Part shown: positions 45,811 through 54,740 of the stretch, piece by piece
Layout of the letters: every line of letters starts with the position of its first letter
Position numbering within the stretch: position 1 is the stretch's first letter
Origin: a virus
Taxonomy: Duplodnaviria > Heunggongvirae > Uroviricota > Caudoviricetes
Virus record (IMG/VR): IMGVR_UViG_3300000439_000006
Direction: 5' to 3' (one strand)
DNA: 64,000 nucleotides
The notes under the pieces: model-generated
What the model was told of the DNA's origin: nothing
Seen by the model: only the letters and a program-made list of their open reading frames with translations
The model's database searches: none
Translations under genes and position numbers: made by a program

Positions 45811-45841
45811 TTAAAAACGTATAAATAAAGTATATTATATT

Positions 45842-48310
45842 ATGAAGAGTCAATTTTTAAAGATAGCTGGTGTTAAGACTACTAAGGCTTTCTACGACAA
45901 GTATCCAAGTGAAGCTGCTTTCTTCGCAGCACATCCGGAAGCTAAACACCTTAAGACAATGGCTAAAGGTGGATCTGCTGGTGGTAAACAACAACAGATC
46001 ATGCAACTGATCCAAGCTTATGCCAAAAGTACAGGAGCTGATCCTAGACAGTTGATGCAGCATCTTCAACAGATGCCTCCTGACCAACAGCAACAAGCTA
46101 TACAACAAATGGCTCAAGCTGTACAAGGCGGTGATGGCCAACAACAACCTCAACAACAAATGAGTCAACCAACCATGCAATGGGGTGGTGGATTAAACCA
46201 TTATGATGTAGTAACACATCCATATCAGTTTCAGGAAGGTGGTTTAAATACTAAAGAAAGTATTGTTGATTACTTAAAAGATAGTAAAGAGAATTCTTCT
46301 TTTGCTGCTAGAAAAGAGATGGCTGCTCATTATGGTATAAAAAACTATAAAGGACTTCCTGAACAAAATGAACAACTTTTACACTCTCTTAGAAAAGATG
46401 TTGAAGCTCCAGATGGTGATATGGTTAGACCTCCAGCGCCTGTAAGAAGTCAACCATCACCTAATCCAAGTTATCCTAATACACTTCCATCTCATCCAAT
46501 AGTTGGTACACCTGAACATGTTACAGCTCCTTGGGAGAATGGTTATTCACTACCTATATCTCAACAACCTGTTAAACAACCTGCTAAACAAAAAGCTGTT
46601 CCTAAACAAAAAGCTTTACCTAATTCTCCTAATCTTCCTTCACACCCTATTATAGGTATGACAGCACCGGTTATACCACCTATGAATCTTACTGGTCCAG
46701 TATCACCGTTTGCTCAACCTAAAGCTGATTCGCCAGTTCCTATTTCACATGTGCAACCAGTAACACATCCTTCTCAACAACAAACTGTTCCTGAAGAAGA
46801 CAAACGTAATCTTGAATCAGGATATATAGTGGATAGAGGTAAAAACATGGGATATATAATGAAAGGAAACAAGGTTGTAAAATCTTTTCCAGTTTTAACT
46901 GGATTAAACTCTTCTGGTAATAAACATAATAAAAGTGTAGAATGGATGGACGATAACCCTAAAGAAGCTGTAAAATATAGAACATCACCTCCTGGTACTT
47001 ATATGATGAAACCTAATGATTATTATAAAAGAACATATGGTGAACCAGGTTTTGATCTTTCGCCTATTCCTGCATTTGGACAAAATCCAGATCCAGAACA
47101 TAAAGATAATATGGGAGCTCACTTTACATATCATCCATGGGAGAGAGATCGATTTTACAATATGGGTGCGAGAGATAGAGATGTTTCTTATGGTTGTGTT
47201 AACTGTCAAAAACCTAGTATTGATGCATTAAACGCTACATTCCCTCAAGGAGATACCGCTATAATTGTCGACTCTAGAATTCCTAAAGATAAACTCTTCC
47301 TTAAGAATAAAGAAAACATAAAAGCTACCGGTGGATATATTGGAAATGATGGTAAAAGACATCAAGCTACAGGAGCTAACTGGAGTGGTAATGCTTTCTA
47401 TCAGACGGGTGGACCACATTATAACTTTCCTAGTGCGTATCAATATGATATGTCACACCCAGATTTTACTCCACAAGCTAGTGATAGTGCTTTATATAAA
47501 AATGTTTATAATCAAGCTTTAAAAAATCCTTCTTTAACTCCAGCACCATATGAGACAAATGCTATAAATATAAGTAATACTAGACGTGAGTTCAATGCAC
47601 GTAACAATAGTAGTCCTTATATAGATGCAGCTCGTCATGAATATCTTCAACAAATGATACAAGCAAATGCTATCAAAGATGCTCGTACCCCACGTAAACA
47701 AGATGGAGGAGATTTTGTTCCTGATTATGGAACAGCTTATGGTGGTGGATATTTCCAAGATGGAGGATCTCAAGATCCTAATGCTCAACAAGCTTCTCCT
47801 CAACAAGGACAAAGCTCACAAGGTCCTGATCCTCAACAAGTTATGCAGGAAGTTGCTCAAAAGTTACAACAAGGAGAACAACCAGAACAAATCATACAAG
47901 AACTTGTACAAGAAGGAGTTCCTCAAGACCAAGCTCAACAGATTGTACAACAGGTTGTTCAGCAAATGCAAGGACAACAAGGTGGTGGTCAAGAACAACA
48001 AGCCCCTCCTCAAGCTATGTATGGTATGGGTATGAAATACGGTGGTATACATATTAAGAAAAGTCACGAAGGTAGATTTACTGCTTACAAGAAAAGAACT
48101 GGTAAAACAACTGAAGAAGCTTTACATTCTAAAGATCCACATGTTAGACAAATGGCTAACTTTGCGCGAAACGCCTCACATTTTAAACATCACCAAGATG
48201 GTGGTCAGTACATGCAGATGGGTGGACCAACAGTGGGACAAACAATGGATGTTACCCCAGCTCAAGCGGCTATGTTAAGACAACAAGGATACACCTTTGA
48301 ACAAATCTAA
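45842..48310 (+). CDS. Modular ejection/cargo protein with DUF3597-like and L,D-transpeptidase (YkuD) domains
   Basis: SSFAARKEMAAHYGIKNYKG..EQN.QLL; GAH...SYGCVN catalytic motif; Gln-rich linkers; about 11 xxxGG motifs. Confidence 0.75.
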   Translation: MKSQFLKIAGVKTTKAFYDKYPSEAAFFAAHPEAKHLKTMAKGGSAGGKQQQIMQLIQAYAKSTGADPRQLMQHLQQMPPDQQQQAIQQMAQAVQGGDGQQQPQQQMSQPTMQWGGGLNHYDVVTHPYQFQEGGLNTKESIVDYLKDSKENSSFAARKEMAAHYGIKNYKGLPEQNEQLLHSLRKDVEAPDGDMVRPPAPVRSQPSPNPSYPNTLPSHPIVGTPEHVTAPWENGYSLPISQQPVKQPAKQKAVPKQKALPNSPNLPSHPIIGMTAPVIPPMNLTGPVSPFAQPKADSPVPISHVQPVTHPSQQQTVPEEDKRNLESGYIVDRGKNMGYIMKGNKVVKSFPVLTGLNSSGNKHNKSVEWMDDNPKEAVKYRTSPPGTYMMKPNDYYKRTYGEPGFDLSPIPAFGQNPDPEHKDNMGAHFTYHPWERDRFYNMGARDRDVSYGCVNCQKPSIDALNATFPQGDTAIIVDSRIPKDKLFLKNKENIKATGGYIGNDGKRHQATGANWSGNAFYQTGGPHYNFPSAYQYDMSHPDFTPQASDSALYKNVYNQALKNPSLTPAPYETNAINISNTRREFNARNNSSPYIDAARHEYLQQMIQANAIKDARTPRKQDGGDFVPDYGTAYGGGYFQDGGSQDPNAQQASPQQGQSSQGPDPQQVMQEVAQKLQQGEQPEQIIQELVQEGVPQDQAQQIVQQVVQQMQGQQGGGQEQQAPPQAMYGMGMKYGGIHIKKSHEGRFTAYKKRTGKTTEEALHSKDPHVRQMANFARNASHFKHHQDGGQYMQMGGPTVGQTMDVTPAQAAMLRQQGYTFEQI

Positions 48311-48316
48311 TAAAAC

Positions 48317-51300
48317 ATGAAGATAAGAATAACTGGTAAAAGACTTGAGAAAGCACAATCTGGTAAAGACATACACAAGTCTTTAACAGAACCTGGTCAT
48401 TGGTGGAATATACCTGATGATAATACAACCGCTCCTCCTGAAGAACAAAAGGTTAAACCTAATACAGAAGCTAATAATGGTGTGTTAACCAATGCATCAA
48501 CAGATCCATTAGGACTTGACAATTGGTTAAAAGATAAAACTGGAAGCGCTGGAGAAGATAAGTTGAATCCATATTCTGTTCCAGATGTACCGGCCTGGTG
48601 GAATCCAAACACAAAAGCTCCACGGGGTAATAGTGGTATGGGTATATACAACGCTTTAGAAGCTGGAAACGCTATAGGTAATCTTATCCAACAACCACAA
48701 AAACAAGCCGAGTGGGATGCTAAGGCTAGACAACAAAGACTTACAGATAACTCACAAGCTATAGTTCCTGAAAATCTTTCAGGAAACAGAGGTGATTATG
48801 ATATTAACAATGGTATGTTCAGACCTAATGAAGAGGTGACAAACAAAGGAATGTATACGAATAAGTTCTATACACCTCAAGCTCAAATGGGTATAACGGT
48901 TCCTCCAGATGCTTTAGGTAATGTAACACCTTCTTTATTCAATCCTAATAATTCTTTAAGTAGTTTTAGTAATACCTTTGTACCGGTTCCAGTTAGATCT
49001 GTGGGAGAAAGTAAACCTGCAGAGAAGGTACCTGGACAAACAACATATGGACCAGGGCCTATAACACAAGCCCATGTAAAAGATGGTATGACAGCTTTGG
49101 ATCATAATAATCCAGGAAACATACACATAAGTGCTTTTGCTCAAAAGTATGGAGCTGTTGCCGGTAGACCAGATGTTGGTGGAAAGGTAGCAGTGTTTCC
49201 TGATATGGCTACAGGTTTCAAGGCTATGGAAGATTTGTTGTTTAGTAAAAACTATAACAACTTAACTATATCACAAGCTAGAGAAAGATGGGTTGGTCAT
49301 GACGGATGGCAAGACAGCGCTCGAGATATGGTAAGAGCTATAGGTGGAGATAAAAAATTAAAAGATCTAACTCCTGATGAAAGAGACATCTATATGGGAA
49401 AGATAACTAAGTGGGAAAATATTCCTGCTTATTATAAAGAACTTAAGAAGATGGGACTATTACATCATCAAGAAGGTGGAGATGTTAAAACAAATACAAA
49501 CATGAAAATACGTATAACAGGTGGTCCTGGATCTGTAGATCGTATGGCCTATGGTGGACAAAAAGGATATGGTTTTGATCTAGGTCAAAGAAACACTTAT
49601 TCAAAGATGAACGATAGTTCTTTTGCTGACACTAGTAGTAATATGCATGGTGTACCAAGAGAAGAAGCTAATATAGAAGCTGAAGGTGGAGAAACCGTAT
49701 ACGGTGATCTTGATGGTGATGGTATGATGGAACATAAAACAATTGTGGGTCCACGTCACTCTTCAGGTGGTACACCATTGAATGTACCTGAAGGAAGTTT
49801 TATCTTTTCTGATACTAAGAAGATGAAGATAAAAGATCCAGAGATTCTTAAAAAGTTTGGTAAAGGAGCAACAGCTGGTGGCGTAACACCAGCTGATCTT
49901 GCTAAACAATACAACCTAACTAAGTATAAAGCTGTTTTACAAGATCCTTTAAGTGATCCGTTAGCTAAGAAGACAGCTGAGATGATGATTTCAAACTATA
50001 ATAAAAAGCTTTCTGAGTTAGCTACAGTTCAAGAAGGTATGAAAGGATTCCCTCAAGGTCGTCCTCATGTTGCTCAACAAGGGTCTACACAACAAATCAA
50101 AGCTCAATACGGTGGATTACAAAAGTTCCAAGGCGCGAGTGGACCATCAACTGTAGGCGCATCTTTAATAAATCATCCTCCATTACAATCTGCTCAAAGT
50201 AATACAACATCAGATGTTGGTAATGTACAAGGTATTTTAAAAGGAGCTGACCTAGCATCTAGATATCCTTGGTATAAACCATTTACATCAGCTCATACTA
50301 AAGCTGGTCAAACCACTCCAACTGGAGAAAATTCTTTATATACAGGAAGTGTTCCTAGTCAATACGAAAACATTCCTTACTGGGAAAAACGTCACGGATC
50401 TCCTTTCAAAAGTATGAACGAATTCCAAGGATATATGTATGATGAGTTAAATCAACATGATCCTAGTACAATAAATACTATGTGGAATCGTTGGGGAAGA
50501 ACCTTTCATGGTCCTAAAAATAAAATGGGTTTTGCTGATGATAAAGGCGGAGCTAGAACAGCTTTTACCGCTTCTCAAAGAATATGGGATACACCTAAAC
50601 CTATCCCTGAACAAGAAGTTACTATCCCAGGTGAACACACTATGACTGTAACAAGACCTGAAAAAAGAAAAGATGAAAACACAGATCTTAATGAAATACC
50701 TCATAAACCAGGACTTGATATAAACTATGGTGGAAAAAGAATAGGTTCTCCTTGGTGGGCTCAAGATAAAAACAACTTAGCTAACGCAGCTATGAACTGG
50801 GCCGGTAATAAAAAGTATCTTCCTTTTATGCCTGATGTAAGCTTACAACATGCTAACCCGGTATTTGAAGATTGGAGAGGACAAGCTGCAGCTTTAGAAT
50901 CAGGTCATCAGAATAACGCTAGAATCGCTGGTACATACGGACCGGCTAGTGCTCTGGCTACCAACTTATCATCTGATGCTGGAGCTCAAGCTGAAAAACT
51001 TGCTGGTATTATAGGACAAACAAATGATAAGAACATTGGTACAGCTAATCAGTTTGCTCAACAACAAGCTAACACTATGAATACAGAAACATCTCAAAGA
51101 GCTCAGAACAGAGCTGAGATGTGGAAAGGTAATGTTATCGCTAACCAACAATATGATAATGCTAACAGAGAAGGTAGAGCCAACTTTGTTAATGCTTTAA
51201 ATACTGGTATGACAAACGCTGCCAACACTTATAACTTAAACATGAGTGAAAGTCCTTATTATAAAATAGATCCTAGAAGTGGAGGAGCTATGTATTTTAA

Positions 51301-51565
51301 CTCACCAAGTTCTAGAGCTAACTTTATGAACGAAAGGTTTGGTAACCAAGGTAATCAGAATGATGACTTTTTAGCTAAGTATAATGCTGAATATAAAAGA
51401 GCTAATAGTATGTTTAGTAATATAACAGATCCTACAGAAAGAAACAATAGAATCAACCATTACTTAGATAACTTTACCAAGATGCATTCTGAAACCAATA
51501 GAGCTACAGCAGGTGCATGGGGACAACTTAAAGGATACACAACAGTCACTCACGGTGAACGCTAA
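48317..51565 (+). CDS. Ejection/cargo protein with NNPGN lysozyme-like module and crAss cargo domain
   Basis: HNNPGNI...AVFPD..TG..AM..LL; NIEAEGGET...GPRHSSGG. Confidence 0.7.
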   Translation: MKIRITGKRLEKAQSGKDIHKSLTEPGHWWNIPDDNTTAPPEEQKVKPNTEANNGVLTNASTDPLGLDNWLKDKTGSAGEDKLNPYSVPDVPAWWNPNTKAPRGNSGMGIYNALEAGNAIGNLIQQPQKQAEWDAKARQQRLTDNSQAIVPENLSGNRGDYDINNGMFRPNEEVTNKGMYTNKFYTPQAQMGITVPPDALGNVTPSLFNPNNSLSSFSNTFVPVPVRSVGESKPAEKVPGQTTYGPGPITQAHVKDGMTALDHNNPGNIHISAFAQKYGAVAGRPDVGGKVAVFPDMATGFKAMEDLLFSKNYNNLTISQARERWVGHDGWQDSARDMVRAIGGDKKLKDLTPDERDIYMGKITKWENIPAYYKELKKMGLLHHQEGGDVKTNTNMKIRITGGPGSVDRMAYGGQKGYGFDLGQRNTYSKMNDSSFADTSSNMHGVPREEANIEAEGGETVYGDLDGDGMMEHKTIVGPRHSSGGTPLNVPEGSFIFSDTKKMKIKDPEILKKFGKGATAGGVTPADLAKQYNLTKYKAVLQDPLSDPLAKKTAEMMISNYNKKLSELATVQEGMKGFPQGRPHVAQQGSTQQIKAQYGGLQKFQGASGPSTVGASLINHPPLQSAQSNTTSDVGNVQGILKGADLASRYPWYKPFTSAHTKAGQTTPTGENSLYTGSVPSQYENIPYWEKRHGSPFKSMNEFQGYMYDELNQHDPSTINTMWNRWGRTFHGPKNKMGFADDKGGARTAFTASQRIWDTPKPIPEQEVTIPGEHTMTVTRPEKRKDENTDLNEIPHKPGLDINYGGKRIGSPWWAQDKNNLANAAMNWAGNKKYLPFMPDVSLQHANPVFEDWRGQAAALESGHQNNARIAGTYGPASALATNLSSDAGAQAEKLAGIIGQTNDKNIGTANQFAQQQANTMNTETSQRAQNRAEMWKGNVIANQQYDNANREGRANFVNALNTGMTNAANTYNLNMSESPYYKIDPRSGGAMYFNSPSSRANFMNERFGNQGNQNDDFLAKYNAEYKRANSMFSNITDPTERNNRINHYLDNFTKMHSETNRATAGAWGQLKGYTTVTHGER

Positions 51566-51619
51566 ACCTACAATGTTTAGTTTTAAACTTTAAAGATTTT
51601 TTCTTAACTTTACAATAAG

Positions 51620-54600
51620 ATGGCAACATTTATAAGTGGTATGACCGATGTGAACGCTAACTCAACGCTGTTCACTCCTGACTATAATTTTTTAAGATAT
51701 ACATTAGATAAACGCACTCAAAACTATGAACAAGGATTGAGTCAAGTGTCTAGTGCATACAACTTTCTTAACAGTGAGTTATCCAGTTCTGTTAACTCAA
51801 AAAGACGAGATGAGTATTTAAAGAACGCTCAAAACCAGCTTAAACAAATATCTATGTCAGATCTTTCTCAACAACAAAACGTTGAGGCAGCTAATAATGT
51901 ATTTGCTCCTATGGCTACAGATAAAGCTTTTCTTTATGATGCTACAGCTACAGCTGCCAACAAAAAAGAAAGAGCTCAAATGGAAGAGTGGAGAGACTCT
52001 CCTGATATAGAACAACGTAAAAAGTTTAACCAGGAACTGTACGATCTTGTTAGTTCAGATCTTGATGGGATTAAGAATGATAAAACCGGAGACATTTCTA
52101 AATATAATTATAAAGGAAGAAAAGCTACAGCGTATTTTGATCCACAAGATCTTATAGAAAAAGAAGCTAAAGCTCAAGGTTTTAAAGTGGTTACAGAATC
52201 TGATGGCGGTAAATACATCTATAAGATAACAGATGGTCCAGACAGTAGACAAAACTACCACGACTTTGCTAATAACGTTTTGAGAGGAAGTAACGTATTT
52301 CAAAACCAAAACTGGATGTTAGCTGAAGCTAGAGACAACAATCTTTTAAAACAAGCTAGACTTGCTCCAGAGAATGCCGGTAAAACAGATGATCAGATAA
52401 GAAAAGACTTTGGTATAAAAACATTTAACGCTAATAGAAACAGTGATAAAACTGTTTTACAAAGTTACGCTAAAGCAGCTGAAGACGCTGTTGCAGATGC
52501 CAATAGTTATGCTGTAGCTAACCAAGCGTTACTAAACTCTAAAGGTCCGGGATACGAAGATGTTTTACAGATATATAATGACAAAGCTCAAAAAGCTAAA
52601 GCATTGATGTCTCAATATGATGTTAACAAAGGAAACTTTGAAACTAACTTTGGAGGTAAAGATCTTGATGAGACCTCTCAAGACCTATCTAAGAAAAGAG
52701 AAGAGTATGGAAACAAGTTTATGACTGATTCTAAATCCATCTTTTATAATCAATACTTTGATGATGCTGTTGAAAGATTTGCTAATATCAAAGCTGCAGG
52801 TGGCTCTAAAGAGATCTTAGAAAACAAAGCCTACTTTGAAAGCTACAAAATGTTAAACGAGTCTCAGAAGATATTAAACGATCGTTTAGATAAACTTGAA
52901 AAAGATCAGCTTAAAGAACAAGAGATTGGAATAAAAGATAGAGAGGAAACTAGAAAAGAAGATAAAGATGCTTTAGCTAGATCTGGTCTTACAGGTGTAG
53001 GAAGTTCTGGATCCAAAGGAACCAAATCTGGAGAACAAGAAGTAACATATTTAGGACCTAGTGGAACAGAAATATCTAAGATAGATGCTTTAAAAAGATT
53101 TAAGACCGAAACTAGTAATGCTTTAGCACAAGCTAACACTTTACTGATGAATCAAAATGGTGGTGTACTAAACATACTTCCTCAATGGGGGATAGATGAA
53201 AAATATATACCAACTTTGAGAGATGCTTTTAGTAAGATGTATACTCCACATACAGGTGATATTAAATGGAACCAAAAAGATATAGATGCCATGAACGCTA
53301 TGGTTCAAGGTATGTTAACCTGGGGAAAAAATACTAAAAATGATGAGCTTGTAAAAGAAATACAAGCTGAGATGTCTGATAAATCAAAAGGAGCTGCCGG
53401 ATACAAGTTTACAAAACTTTTAGATCTTGGTATCAGTGGTATGAGTATAGATGACAAAACTATGCAACATCTACCTTACATACATCAGATACAAGAGTTT
53501 AAAAAACACATGGCTACTGTTGATGCTAACTCTGCTTTAATAACAACCGCTGAAAAAGCATTTGTTCAATCTATAAGAACAAGTAAAGATCAAACTTATA
53601 AAGGATTGCTTAATGATGCAGGAACAGGTCTTATAGATGAAAATACTGTTAAAACATGGTTTCAAAAAAGTAAAAAAGAAATAAAAGCTCTTAATAAAGG
53701 AGAAGATTTAACAAGTGATGATCTTGAAAAGATCAGTCGCATGTATATGAATAACACATTGGGATACAAACCTGTATTTATAGGAGTTCCTGATGAATCA
53801 GGAGATATTGGAAAAAGTACTCCTGACTATGCTATTATAACTTTGGGAAATAAAAAAGTAACAATCCCTGGCGATGTCTTAAGAACAACTCCTATGGAGT
53901 TTAACAAGTTAAGTGTAAAGATGAAAGATAATCTTATCATCCCTGGAAAAGAAATAGAACAACTTAAAGAAAACGCTGCACAAGCGTCTTCTGTATTTAG
54001 TCTTGGTGGTGCTACGAAAAAAGAAATGGGAACATTATTATCTGCTGTTACTCAACATAGTTCAGAACTTCTTACAAAAGGAGAAAGTGGAACATATCCA
54101 CCAGTTGAAACTGATGAAGTGAGAGAAAAAGTGAGAAATCTTTTAAATGATCCAGCTAATGTAGAAGGTATGAAAGTTTTTCCTTTACATACATCTAACA
54201 ATGGACTTGCTATAGAAGTGACTATTAAAGAAAAAGATAAGAAAGATGGTGATAAGCTTGATGCAAACGGTACGTATGTTTTTCCTATTAATGTAGGAGA
54301 TAGGACACCTGAAACATTAAAGATCTTTAACATAGGAGATAAACTCGATGAGTATCGTAGACTATCTACTAATGGTGTAACAGAGCCTCAAACTATACAT
54401 GATTACAGTGGTATGGGTATAAGGATAAAAATACAACCAGATGGTGCTAATAGTAATGTTGGAAACCTTATAGTTGAACGTCAAGTATTAGATTCCACTA
54501 CAGGTAAATATAAACAAGAGTTTGAACGTTTGCCACAAAGTCCTAACTTTACAGGTAGATATGACTTAAATAGTATAAACTACAATGATCTAAATGACTT

Positions 54601-54724
54601 GTTATATAACAATTATATCGTTCCAAGTATACAACAAAGATATAACTACCAGATGCAACAAAACAAAATAACAAACGTTGGAGGTGGATCTGTAACAATA
54701 CCTAAGATCGTATTTAAACCTTAA
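51620..54724 (+). CDS. Large ejection/cargo protein
   Basis: 1034-aa helical protein; synteny before the giant genes. Confidence 0.7.
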   Translation: MATFISGMTDVNANSTLFTPDYNFLRYTLDKRTQNYEQGLSQVSSAYNFLNSELSSSVNSKRRDEYLKNAQNQLKQISMSDLSQQQNVEAANNVFAPMATDKAFLYDATATAANKKERAQMEEWRDSPDIEQRKKFNQELYDLVSSDLDGIKNDKTGDISKYNYKGRKATAYFDPQDLIEKEAKAQGFKVVTESDGGKYIYKITDGPDSRQNYHDFANNVLRGSNVFQNQNWMLAEARDNNLLKQARLAPENAGKTDDQIRKDFGIKTFNANRNSDKTVLQSYAKAAEDAVADANSYAVANQALLNSKGPGYEDVLQIYNDKAQKAKALMSQYDVNKGNFETNFGGKDLDETSQDLSKKREEYGNKFMTDSKSIFYNQYFDDAVERFANIKAAGGSKEILENKAYFESYKMLNESQKILNDRLDKLEKDQLKEQEIGIKDREETRKEDKDALARSGLTGVGSSGSKGTKSGEQEVTYLGPSGTEISKIDALKRFKTETSNALAQANTLLMNQNGGVLNILPQWGIDEKYIPTLRDAFSKMYTPHTGDIKWNQKDIDAMNAMVQGMLTWGKNTKNDELVKEIQAEMSDKSKGAAGYKFTKLLDLGISGMSIDDKTMQHLPYIHQIQEFKKHMATVDANSALITTAEKAFVQSIRTSKDQTYKGLLNDAGTGLIDENTVKTWFQKSKKEIKALNKGEDLTSDDLEKISRMYMNNTLGYKPVFIGVPDESGDIGKSTPDYAIITLGNKKVTIPGDVLRTTPMEFNKLSVKMKDNLIIPGKEIEQLKENAAQASSVFSLGGATKKEMGTLLSAVTQHSSELLTKGESGTYPPVETDEVREKVRNLLNDPANVEGMKVFPLHTSNNGLAIEVTIKEKDKKDGDKLDANGTYVFPINVGDRTPETLKIFNIGDKLDEYRRLSTNGVTEPQTIHDYSGMGIRIKIQPDGANSNVGNLIVERQVLDSTTGKYKQEFERLPQSPNFTGRYDLNSINYNDLNDLLYNNYIVPSIQQRYNYQMQQNKITNVGGGSVTIPKIVFKP

Positions 54725-54740
54725 TCGTTAAATAACAAAT

